Part shown: piece after piece, positions 52,739 to 64,000 of the stretch
How the letters are laid out: every line of letters starts with the position of its first letter
How positions within the stretch are numbered: position 1 is the stretch's first letter
Virus record (IMG/VR): IMGVR_UViG_3300033463_000088
Location: 1-64,000 of that record
DNA from: a virus
Lineage: Duplodnaviria > Caudoviricetes
Direction: 5' to 3' (one strand)
Length of the DNA: 64,000 bases
Translations under genes and position numbers: made by a program
The notes under the pieces: generated by a model
What the model was told of the DNA's origin: nothing
What the model saw: only the letters and a program-made list of their open reading frames with translations
Databases searched by the model: none

Positions 52739-55700
52739 TCACATTGGCTGTAATCTACCTCTCAAAGTTAGATTCATATCTATACCATCTAATGCTTCTA
52801 GTATCTCAACAGTAGAATTTTCTTTTGCTTGACCTTGACTATAATGTAATACAGCATTGCCAGATTTAACATAATGAGTTTCATTATCAATAACTACTTT
52901 ATTATAGATATCAGCATCATTATATCTAACAAAACCATAAGTAGTACAACCTGGGAACCAATTTGTATAGCCATTAAATTCACTAATTCGCTCGCCACCA
53001 GTTTCAAGATCAAGTCTAAAATAAGTTTTAAATGTTTGATCTCTTAGTCTATATAAAATTTGTTCTGCATTTTGAGCAGAAATATTATTTCCTAAGATAG
53101 TTCTAATATTACCTGCCCCAAAAATATGAACACGTTTTAATAAATAACCATTAGGTCTTTTAACACACATATAAGGACCTGGTCTACTAGGTATTGGATC
53201 TGGTAAAGGTTCAACAAAGCTATTACTTTGTCCCTCGAAAATTGAATTAAGAGACCAGAATCTTGCAGTTAACCAGTCAACTAAAAAATCTTTTGCGTCT
53301 ACTTCAGTTGCCATACTCCAATGAATACTTCTAATATTAGTTATTGGGTGAACTCCAGTAACATAAGCAATACCCATAATAATTAATGGTTTAGGTTCTA
53401 AATTTCAAGTTTTATTAGCATTCCAAGCCCAACCAATATCTCATTCTCTAAAATTAAATTCAAAGTCATATAATAAGTCATTAGAATATTTTTCTAGCAT
53501 ATTAATGCATTTTCTACAGAAAGCGCTTTCTCATAATGCCTGTCATTTTTGTTTAACGAGATTTCTAAATCATTCTGCATTAGGTAACATATTGACCCAA
53601 GGATTTAAAGTACAGTCTTGAATATAAGATGGACTATTTACTGGGTCTTCAACAAAGAATGGGACAGTTCCCATTGCTAAGTCAAAATCTCATGGAGCTG
53701 TTAAAGTAAGCTTCTTATCACCAGTTTCTGACATATCTAAAGAAAAGTGAAATGAGCTATGTCCAACGTCAGGGTTACAAACAATCTCTTGTAGTATAAA
53801 AGTTTCTACAAAAGAATCAATATTAATAATTTTACCCAAAACTTCTATTGGATTTGTAGAGGTACTAAAAGATAGATTATTATTATCATCAAGTTCATAA
53901 TAACGTTGATTATGAACCGCTTCATACATAATTCTATAAATCTTTTTCATACGTTCTTTAAGAAATGAAACTTGCATAGGTGAAGTAATAGTGCTTTTTA
54001 TAGTATAGCCGTCTCCATCTAATCTTGTTCCACCATCTTGTCTTGACCAAGTATTTGGTTTAGTACTGATGTATCCTGGACGTTGAGGTAAGTATTCATT
54101 TTCTTGAATAAAGAAAGTTGGGTCAGTCTCGGTTCTAAAATAGTCATCTCTTTCAAAGAAATAACCAATGTCTGTTCCTGCATAGCCATCTTCTGGCTCA
54201 AATACATTAACACGTTCTGGATTTTGCTCTTTATTATCACAGAGTAAATATAAACCTTGATAGTAACTTTTACCTCCAGCTTCAATATATAAATGAACAA
54301 ATTTAAAAGTTGGAACTCATTGATGATCACAAATCTGCTTAGCCATAAAAAAGCTTAATGCATTTCTTAGCATAGAATTATCACAATATTCTGCTAATAA
54401 TACCCATTTTTTATTCTTTTGACCATTATTTAATCCAAATAAATTTTGTTTTTTATTAAATCTAATTTGAAAAGCCTTCTTAGAATAGAAAGCAGTATAA
54501 TTACCACGAATTTTAACATCAGCTTTAACATCATGTAGTATAAATTTACTATCACAATTACTTGTACTTAATTTTCCGTCAGCTCTTGGATGCGGAGTAT
54601 CTTTTTCAGTCAAACTATACCAGTCTTCAAAGTTATCATAAAGATTATCTTCACAAGTAAATGGCTCATTAAAAGTAAAGGTTAATATTGGAGCGGTTAA
54701 ATGCTCCTCAAGTTTAAATCCATTAAGTGTTAGCTTAATTGCATTAAATCTAGTACTTACTCAGCTTTTCAAAAGCTGCTTAGCTTCAGCTTCTGTTGTA
54801 ATCGAATCATAGAAACTAGTTCTAATACTACCTATATTAACTGGGTTAACTTCTGTTAAATCAAATGCCCATCTAATATTTCATCTACTAAAGTTTAAGG
54901 CGAAGTCATCTACATAGGTGTCAGAATAATCATCTAACATATTAAGACACTTGTTAAAAATATCTGCTTGTTCTAATTGTTGATATCTTGCTTTTAATAA
55001 AGTAATAAATCAATCTGCCTGAGGTAACACAGATACTCATGGGTTATAATGGCAATCTTTACACCATAAAGTAGTTTGTCCAGCATTTTTTAAACCATTA
55101 CATAAACCAAAAGTTCTATCATGGTCTCATGGACATGTCAGAGCCAATTTTTTGTTTCCAGTTGGAGACATGTCTAATGAAAAATAAAATGATGAGTGAG
55201 CTAAGTCAGGATCACCGACAGCTTCACAAATTAAAATCATATCAATAAATGAATCTAAGTCAATAACTTTGCTGACTACTTCTACTGGATTATTTGAACT
55301 ACTAGGTACTAAAGTTCAAGATTGCCAGTCTGCTATATTTGAAGAGCTAATTTCATAATAAGCTTGATTTACACACGCTTCATATAAAATAGTATAAGTT
55401 AATTGAAAATACTTTTTAGCAAAGTCCTTTTGATCTTGGCTATAAACTTTATTATGAATAGTATAGCCATCAAGTTCTGGTGCATCAACACCATGTGAGC
55501 TATCTGTTTCATGACCAATTACTGGTAAAACATCTGGATAATACTCAGTTGGATATTTAATAACAAAGTTATTTGGTTCTTGATTATAGTAGTCATCACG
55601 TTCAATATAATAACCAATATCAACGCCTGTATAACCTGCTTCTGGCTCAGGTAGATTAATACGATGCTCGTCTATTTCCTTCTCATCACAAAGTAAATAT

Positions 55701-56161
55701 AAGCCTTGATATTCATTATCAATATAAATTTGAACAAAAGTAAAAGTAGCGGCCCAATGGCCTCTTAAAATTTGTTGTCCCATATATAATGCTAAGGCAT
55801 TTCTTAGCATTGAGTTGTCACCATAATCAGCTAATAAAATCCAATTTGTAGCAGCATGTCCATGATTTAAACCAAAAAGATTTTGAGGAGTGCTCAATGT
55901 AAGTCTAAATGGCTTTTTATTATACATAGAAGTATAATTACCACGAACCCTTATAGTTGCAGAAATATTCTGTAAAATAAAGTTGCTATCACAATTACTA
56001 GTTGAGACAGTTCCAGGAACCTCAGAACGAGGCTCACGTAGACGTTGTGCATTATACCAAGATTGTCATGAATTAAAAGAACTGCTACTCTCAATAAATG
56101 GAGTTCGGCAAGTAAAATCTAATCTAGGAGCTGAATTAAAAATAATATAATCTTTGGACAT
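52739..56161 (-). CDS. tandem CotH-family kinase protein (1140 aa)
   Basis: ATG 56159-56161; two copies of VRGNYT..KK.F...LFGL....W.LLA.Y.DNSMLRNAL...QGLYLLCD...CP[TGA]DHD / AP[TGA]DFD; all track fragments fall in one frame. Confidence 0.8.
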
Positions 56162-56164
56162 AAA

Positions 56165-56809
56165 TTAGTTATTTGGATTATCTGAAATAAAATAAATTGT
56201 TCCTTCATTTAATTTTCCAGCATTAATGACATCACTTTGGTATTCTGCAAAAGTGCCATACCAGAATTTAGAGCCATATAAAGCTGCAGTTTGTTCAACC
56301 ATAGCTGCAGTATTAGCTTCATTAGTTGCAGCAGCGGTTGCAGCACCTCTAGCATTAGTAGCTTCTTGAGCTGCTCTATCTGCTTGTGCTTGTGCTGTAG
56401 ATATTGCATTATTTAATGCAGTTTGGTCAAGTGTTCTTTGCCAGCTTAAACCACCATTATTAGCCATTGGGAATAAACCGTTTTGACTTGCTTCGCCTGT
56501 AAAGCCTGCAATTCTAAGACCATCTTCACCATATTCAATACTTTGACCATCAGCAAGAGCTTTGGCTTCCCATTGGTCTGTAGTTTCATTATAAATTAAA
56601 ATTTGTCCGTCGAGAGCGTCTTCAATTTCAATGCCACCACCAGCAACATAATCTAAATCTTCATAATTATGAATACCATCGCCAATCTTTAGCTTTTTAG
56701 TATCCATTTCAAAGATTGGTTCGCCCTCTTTTGGTTTATTATCACCACTGAGGAAGGTAATTAAAGCACTACGATTACCGCGTTTTATTTGAATAACTTC
56801 AATTTTCAT
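56165..56809 (-). CDS. Mtd_N (major tropism determinant N-terminal)-like tail protein
   Basis: IQIKRG...P.EGEPIFEMDT.KLKIGDG..NY.DL.Y. Confidence 0.7.
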   Translation of the reverse strand: MKIEVIQIKRGNRSALITFLSGDNKPKEGEPIFEMDTKKLKIGDGIHNYEDLDYVAGGGIEIEDALDGQILIYNETTDQWEAKALADGQSIEYGEDGLRIAGFTGEASQNGLFPMANNGGLSWQRTLDQTALNNAISTAQAQADRAAQEATNARGAATAAATNEANTAAMVEQTAALYGSKFWYGTFAEYQSDVINAGKLNEGTIYFISDNPNN

Positions 56810-57435
56810 TACTCTATTCTACCTCCATCAATTGTAATTTCTAAATTAGCTACTGCAGAAGCTAAATCTGCTTTAGTAGCTGCTTCAGTTTTTGTATATA
56901 CTTCTGACTTCTTTGCATAAGTTATAGCAGCATTAATTTTTGTCTCAGCTTCTGCTTTTGATGCTGCACCAATATCTTCTGGTGTTAAATTTACAACGCC
57001 AGTTTTACCATTAATAGACTCAACACCAACATCAGCGCTAATAATACCATTTTGAATTCTAATATGGTCACCAGCAACTAAACTAGAAGATTCTGCTAAT
57101 TCTTGAAGTCTATTTCTAACCTCTTCGCTTAAGTCTTCTCAGCGAATTTCTTTTCTAAGAACTGTTGTAGCAACAATTTTTGTTGGCTTTCCATTATCAT
57201 CAATATATAAATAAGCTTCATTTGATAAATTATCAATAGTAATATCTTCAACAGATTCAGAATCTTTTAATGCAAAAGGAACATAAAGCTTAGCAATATT
57301 TTCTGATAATGTTTTAAGCTTTAAGTCAGAATAATCAGTTTGTTGACGAGTGGCAGACTGACACTCCTTTACAGAGGCAGTCGTGCTATTATCAACTACT
57401 GTAGGTTTAACAGGTTTTGGGATTTCTCTTGGCAT
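56809..57435 (-). CDS. tail/fibre-associated protein (208 aa, TGA read-through)
   Basis: Track ORF ends at TGA 57139; the frame continues through VESINGKTGVVNLTPEDIGA to a TAA overlapping the next ATG. Confidence 0.7.
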
Positions 57436-57446
57436 AAGTTATCTCC

Positions 57447-57650
57447 CTATAAATCAATTTCAATATAATCTTTTACTTGGCCCTTATTACCAAGATTTAC
57501 AGATTTAGTAAAAACTTTTCCAGTAACAGTATTTTTTAAAGCTTTTCCTTCTGCAGGATACAAAACATAAGCTTCTGTAAGTGCTGTTCTAAGAATTTTA
57601 CGATTTTCATCAAGAATATTTGTAATAGTTTGAATAATATTAATTGTCAT
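57447..57650 (-). CDS. small hypothetical protein
   Basis: 67-aa ORF with RBS. Confidence 0.6.
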   Translation of the reverse strand: MTINIIQTITNILDENRKILRTALTEAYVLYPAEGKALKNTVTGKVFTKSVNLGNKGQVKDYIEIDL

Positions 57651-57661
57651 AAAATTTACCT

Positions 57662-60600
57662 CTATAAGTCATTAGTATAAGGAATTAAGTTATAGAAACC
57701 AATACCACTACTATGGCAGTTCCAATATGGACCATAGACACTGGCGGTCATTTCAGGAGTAATAATTGCTGGAATATGAATATCAAGATTTTGGTTTGTT
57801 TGTGAGAACCAACCATCAGAAGGATCAACAACCTTGAAATCACTACTTGTTAAGTATAAGTTAGCTCTACGTAAACCAGTACAAGATTCAAATGCATTAT
57901 CACCAATAGAAATAACTGACATTGGAACAGTGATACTAGATAATGAAATACAATAGAAGAATGCTAGGTTTCCAATTACCTCTAAGCCTGATGGTAAAGT
58001 AATATTTACTAAGCTATCGCAAAGAGAGAAGGCACGTTCACCAATTTCTTTAATTGTAGCAGGTAATGTAATATTTCTTAATGCTAAAACACCAAAATTA
58101 TCTGCACTAAATACTCTATCTGGAATCTTCTCAGTCCAAGCAAATTTAATTGCATAATCACCACTAATTGGACCAGCAGTGGTTAATAATGGACAACCTT
58201 GTAAGCAGAGAGAGCCAAAGCTCATTTCAGCAGCTTCAAAAGTAATACTTTCTAAGCTAGTACAATTTTGGAAAACTGCGTCACCTAAATTAACAACAGA
58301 TGTGCCTAATGTAATTTCTTCAATAGCCGTGCAGTTTGCAAAAGCACGTTCACCTAAGGTTGTTATACTATTAGAGAAGCTAATATCAGTAAGAGCTGAG
58401 CAGTTATTAAATGCATAACTTGAAATAGTAGTTAATGGACATTGAGGAATAAATGTTACAGACTCTAAACTTGTGCAGCTATCGAAAGCATAACTTCCTA
58501 ATAAAGCTAATTTAGTTGGTAAAACAACAGTAGTTAGGTTATTACAACCATAGAAAGCACGTTCATAAATTTGTTTAATTGAACTTGGAATTTCATTTGT
58601 AATAACAGTAATATCTTCACCATGTTCTCTTCCTGAGACTTTGAATGTTGTTGCACCAGTGCATCCTTCGAATGTTGACGCAGAAATTCTTGTCATAAAT
58701 TTAGTCAAATGAATAGCAACTAAATTTGTAGCATTTCTAAATGCGCCAGCTCTTGTATATGGAACATCATAAGAGAAGCTAACATCAGAAACTGTGTTAA
58801 TTGGGACAATTGCTGGGTTATCATAGTTATATCCTAATAAGTAAGTACCAACTTTTCTTGATAATTCAATAGTTTGAGGACCACTTGAAGCATAAGTATG
58901 TTGAATAGAAATTTGTCCATAACTATTTATACGTTCTGGAGAAGAACCATCACCCCAGTCAATCTCAACACCATTATATTCTGTTTGAGAATAATTTAGT
59001 GTGATAGTAAAATCATTTTCTGGAATTGATAATGAAATATAAGTTGGAATAGTAACAGCATCCCATCTAGCATTTAACTGAATATTTTCAACAACTTCAT
59101 CAGTCATAAATTGCCAGATTTGATTATCATTTGTTAACCAAGCAGTTAAAGCATCACCTTGATATAATTGAGGATCTGGTTCATTAATCAGATGTCTATA
59201 TAAAACAGGTTGGTCTGCTAATGGTTCACCTTTTTGGTTCATATTAAAGCTTACTCAATAAGTTTTAGGTTGAACAGAGCCATTAATAACTGCTGGACCA
59301 TCAATAATAATTTCATCACCTTGTTCTAAGAATGTATTATTATAAGATAATGTTAAATTTTCATAATGACTATCACAAGTTGCTCTAACAACAACTGTTG
59401 TGCCAAGTAAAGCAAAGTTTGTCATTGTGACACCATCTTCAGTTAATTGTAATTGAATTTGATCAACAAAAGTATCTCTTTCATTATGAATATTTGGATT
59501 TAATGTAATTGTATCTGCATGTAATTTTGCCCAAGAAACATTGCCTTGGTCATCTTTAACATGAAAGTAATAGTCACCAGGACCACTAATTGTATATTCG
59601 CCTTCAAATAATGTTACAGGAGTAATATCTGTCCAATTTGGGTCAGCTAAATCAACTTCTTCACTGTCTGTAACAATCCAGCCAGTAACACCCATGTTAT
59701 CAGTTGCTCTAAATGCAAACTTATTGAAAGCAATTCTTGTTAAAGTAACAACTGGGACGTTTTCATCTTGCCATCTTGCAGCAAGAACAACGTTCATTGT
59801 AGTTGGGAAGTTGAGAATATCACCAGAGATAGTCTTTGTTGCAAAGTCAACAATATCATTATTTGCTGTATATCAACCTAAGAAACGAACACCTGAAGGA
59901 ATTGTGCTCTCATCAATTGTTGGTTCTGGAATTAAACTACCATAAAGTAAATCATTATATTCTGGTTCGACATTAATAACATCAGAACGTGTATCATAAA
60001 TAATATGGTAAGTTTGAGTATGGTCATCATAAATAGCATGAATATCTAGGTCAGTTAAAACTTCTGAATAAGATGTATCCCATCTATTAAATGTGTAATA
60101 AAGTTGAGGAATTGGTGCTCTTGTTGGAATACTTGGAGTAATAGCATAAGTTCCGCGTTCAATAAATTGAACATCATGTTCAGTTTCGTCATTCCAGAAG
60201 GTAACAGTGCAAAGAACCTTAGCATTAATAGTAACTTCTGGATACATATCTAATAATTCTTTCCATTCAGCATAAGAAACTGGGTTTGTTTCAGAGCCAG
60301 GAATATGAATTATACCAGTAATTTGTGCTTTATCAGTTGTATCACCTTTGGCATCTTTACCTTTCATGCTATTAAGTTTTACATAAAGTTGTCTAATATC
60401 ATCAATAGTATCAACAGTTTCATTGATATTAATTAAACGAACATTAGAACCTTCTGGCATATTATGAATAATACCAAAAGTATCCATAACAGCTGCTGGA
60501 ATATCTTCTAACCAAACAGATGTTAATTTATTTGTGCCTGCTAAAACTAATTCTTCTAAGTTTGGGTGATTTCTAATTGTTAAGTCTGTAATTGAAGCTG

Positions 60601-63600
60601 GTAAATGAATTCTCTTTAAGTTACCACCAATAGGGAAGTTAATACCTTGAATATTAGTATTATCAAAATAAACATCTTCAATACTTGTACAGTTAGATAA
60701 GTCAATAACTTTTGTTTCACCTGTTCCTAAAGCTGAACAGTTTCTAGCATCAATATATGTAAGTAAGTGGTTATTACCAACGTTAAGTGTAGTTAATTTA
60801 TTATTTGAATAACCATCAGCATTAGAACCAATTTGTAATCTTTGAAGCTTTGTAGCGGCAGAGAAATCAGCATAGCCTGGTTTTAATGCAGAAATATCGC
60901 CAACGTCTCTTAATAAGTCAGCAGAATAGATGATGACAACAGAGTCAGATCCTGCTGGATCCCAATGTAATGGAGGAACAATAGTATAAGCGGTATCTTT
61001 TTGGGCATCAACTGTAACCATTAAGTCATCGACTGCTTGGTCAAAGACGCCTGTAATATAGCAGTTAATGTATGGAGTAACAGTTAAATTAGCTCTTTGG
61101 TAAGCACGGAGCATAATATTTTCACCCTTAGCATCACCAGTTCTATATTTACTGTCTAAGTATCTAAATCTATTCCATAACCACCATTTTCTTTGTTCTT
61201 CTTTAGAACCTTGCGCCATACCTAAGTAAGTAGCATCATTATTTTTAATTAATGGTTCTAAATATTTTGTATAAGAGTCTTCATTAAAGATAGATGCAGA
61301 CCAATAAGCTTGGTGGTCTTCAAATAATTTTTCAATAATATCATAAGACCAAGCCATATCACCACCAGCATTGCCAGAACGTAAATCAGCATATAAAGCT
61401 TTTAATTCATTAGGGAATGCATCTCTTAAGTTATTCCAGAAAGTTGAGTCTTGTCCATTATAAACGTTCATACCGCCAACAATATCTGTATCTTCAGCGT
61501 CATAGTTGAAGACTAAAAGACCTTCGTTGTTAGTACCAATCGCAGTATCCATGTCGTATGGGAGCCAGAATCATCTGTTTCCACCATCGCCTGGTTTATG
61601 GCTCTTTAAGTAAGCCATCATTGCGTTTTTAGCACGAGAGTCAACCATTAAGAATAACTCAGTATATAAGTAATAGAATAATGAAGATTGTAAATCGAAA
61701 TGTAATGTTAATTCATTTCTGAATTTTTGCAATTTGGCTTGTTTTTGTTCTTCTGTGTCTGTTGATAAACGTCTTGTAGATGCAATCCAAGTGCAAATTG
61801 CTTGTAGTTTATCTAATTCGCCTGGTTGAGTTCCATATGGATGTTCATCATCACCATAATCTTCTGGATATCTTGACTCAAATGAAGAGTCCCAGTTAGA
61901 CAAGTCATCATTTTGGAATAAAACAAGTGGTGTAGTATTGTTAATAAATTCTCAACATTCATCACCATCAGAGAAACCAAAGGTATCTTTGTTATCTTTA
62001 TCATTATTAAAGTTCATTTTACCGTAGAAATAAGTTTCTGCAGTATTATCATGGAACATAATAATTGGGAAACCATCAATACCAGTTCTAACACGGTCTT
62101 TTGTGATATAACCATCAGCTGTATCATCAGCATCTTGATCTAATTCAGATGGCATATAGAAGTTTTTAGTTAATTCAAAGTATCTAACAAGTTCAACGTT
62201 ATTTGCGCCTTCTGAAGAAGCAACGTCAGCTTTAAAAGTAAACTTCTTTTCTTTCTTAGAAAGTGGTGGTATAAGCTTATATTTATTGCTATGGTTGCCA
62301 TCTATATCATCAAAACCTTCTTTAAAGTTAATCTTGAAGTTCTTTCTATAATAGTATTGAGAAGATGTACCTTGAACGTCGACACTTGCATCTTTAGCAG
62401 TAAAATATCTGTCATCACTACCTGGATAAACAAATTCAACATCCATTAATTTCTTATCTTTTTTATAGTTTGGTAAAACTTCACCAGTTAAAACCATATA
62501 AGGAGTTCTACTTGGAATTTTTTCAATAATAACTTTACCTGTTTCATCAAAGTTATCATTATCTTGGAAGTAAATAGCTTTTGTAATTGGGTCCCTCATG
62601 TCAGCGATCCAGTTATTAACTACTTGCTTTCTTGTTAATGAGTTATCATAAATACGAATAGTATAAATATCTAATGTAGCATCATTGCTACCTAAAATAA
62701 TATTAGCAGCAGGTGCTTGTTCAAAAGTATCACCGACAGGGTATCTAGCAACACCAGACATAATGCCGTTGATATACATATAGATTAATCTATTTTCAGT
62801 ACGTTTTTCAATAACGAATGCTAATCTAACTCTTTCGTTTTCTTTATATTGGGTAGAAAGAGAAGATAATTGAGATTGGAACTTTGCTAATTGAGGAGTA
62901 ATGTAAATACCTCTACCAACAACTTCATAAGCAACAGTAATTCTGTCACCATTAATGAAGTATTCACTTGGTGTTCCATCACGCTCTTCTAACTTGATAT
63001 TAATACCATAAATATTATCTTCACCTAAATCAACAACTTCACCATCTAAAATCCAGTTTGTGCCATTATGTAAGAATAGATATGTTTTATGGTCTCCTCT
63101 AACTGCTTCAACGAATTTATTATTGTCAACATCGAGAATAGTAAAATATTTAGCACGGTCATCTTCACCTGCTAATGTTTGACTATATGTTAAGGAATCG
63201 CCACCAGTTAAACATTCGAAGATACGAGACTCATATTTCTTAACGTCTGTAGTAGCAAATTCAATTTCAATTGTTTTACCTGTTTGTTGTAAGTCTTTAT
63301 AGAATGGTTGATATGGAATTTCAACACGAGCATCACCAGAAAGTCTTAAAACAGTTGCACCTTCGTCATCTTGGACCCAACCATTTGAGCTCCAGTTAAA
63401 ACCTGTTAAGGTACAGTGAATATCTCTATCAAAGTCATCCCATTTTCTTCTAACTTCTGGAGTTTCAGCATTACTTCTTCCAAATGTGCTTAAATATAAA
63501 ACCTGGTTCTCAGTAACTGGGTCAACTTGAATAGTGCTTTCATAAATATGAACGTTAAACATTCTAATAATATCGCCAGTTTGAACTGTATAAATATGAT

Positions 63601-64000
63601 TACCAGTGACAGTTGGTCTAATTTCTCAGTTTTGCCAAGCCATATCAACTGATAATGGGTCTCCAATTGTTTCACCATCAATATATTGAATAACAGTAGA
63701 ATTATTTAATCCTGGTGTATATACACGGTATCTAATATTAAATGCAACATATTGTTCTTGTTCTGACTCACTAGGGAATGTAGAAGCAATAATTGGTGTT
63801 TGATTACCTGCAACATAGCAGATTAAGTCATAGTTTAAGACATTAGATGTAACTAAGTCTTCACCTAAAACTGCAGTAAAATAAACACTTAAAGTATGAG
63901 CACCATGAGCTTGTGCTGGAATAATCTTTGTGCATTGTTCACCAGTTGTTTTAATAACATCTTGTCCAATTTCTCTTCCATCAACAATAAAGTGAACTGT
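57662..64000 (-). CDS. giant (>2100 aa, 5'-truncated) virion protein: Ig/LamG-like, CotH-like kinase, LRR, InlB-B-like repeats, BspA LRR
   Basis: Fragments 61952-63562, 61571-61903, 59873-61552, 59255-59797 and 57662-59242 are one frame joined by TGA (e.g. FLG[W]Y, NR[W]FWLPYDMDT); QGTSS.YY.RKNFK, K.D.ASSEGANN, VDSRAKN; IG..AF..C..L repeats at the C-terminus. Confidence 0.8.

Noticed and set aside
56165-56809. Diversity-generating retroelement suggested by the Mtd_N domain
   Set aside because: No reverse transcriptase and no adenine-mismatched TR/VR repeat pair seen in the window; Mtd_N is common in tail proteins without DGRs.
29817-64000. Mass pseudogenisation or sequencing error as the explanation for the fragmented ORFs
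   Set aside because: All breaks I checked are in-frame TGA with no frameshifts, often at conserved Trp positions; random decay would give TAA/TAG and indels.
29817-64000. TGA = Gly (code 25) or selenocysteine
   Set aside because: TGA sits in Trp-diagnostic motifs (PWD, WHH, GWY, DWCDE) and is far too frequent for Sec.
1-64000. Suppressor tRNA-Trp(UCA), other tRNAs, rRNA or release factor
   Set aside because: No cloverleaf or matching ORF found; intergenic gaps are short and accounted for, so the recoding machinery, if any, lies outside this window.

Overview
This window is part of a large, AT-rich tailed dsDNA phage genome, probably infecting a gut Bacillota/Mycoplasmatota-type host (AAGGAG-type RBS, RecU, Fhs/FolD). 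It has three blocks. (1) About 1-29.2 kb, minus strand: a DNA replication, recombination and nucleotide-metabolism block with SbcD-like nuclease, Cas4-like nuclease, bacterial-type clamp loader (DnaX/HolA/HolB-like), RecA, short MetK, RecU, beta clamp, family A DNA polymerase, SSB, primase, DnaB helicase, DnaC-like loader, dUTPase, FolD, Fhs, DHFR and ThyA. (2) 29.3-34.6 kb, plus strand: a divergent two-gene cassette encoding a 1595-aa Ig/lectin/LRR protein with a C-terminal GH2 glycoside hydrolase. (3) 34.7-64 kb, minus strand: virion/tail-fibre genes plus a galactokinase-like GHMP kinase, a P-loop kinase, a tandem CotH-kinase protein and a >2100-aa CotH/LRR protein. The key observation is that the code-11 ORF track is fragmented because TGA is read as Trp (code 4). 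Fragments join in frame through TGA, often at conserved Trp motifs, and none of the gene ends I checked uses TGA as stop. TGA codons are common in the structural/late genes but nearly absent from the replication block (exceptions: RecU and one hypothetical gene), which fits a timed genetic-code switch. No tRNA, rRNA, CRISPR array or mobile element was found. All family calls come from motif recognition by eye; no database searches were run.
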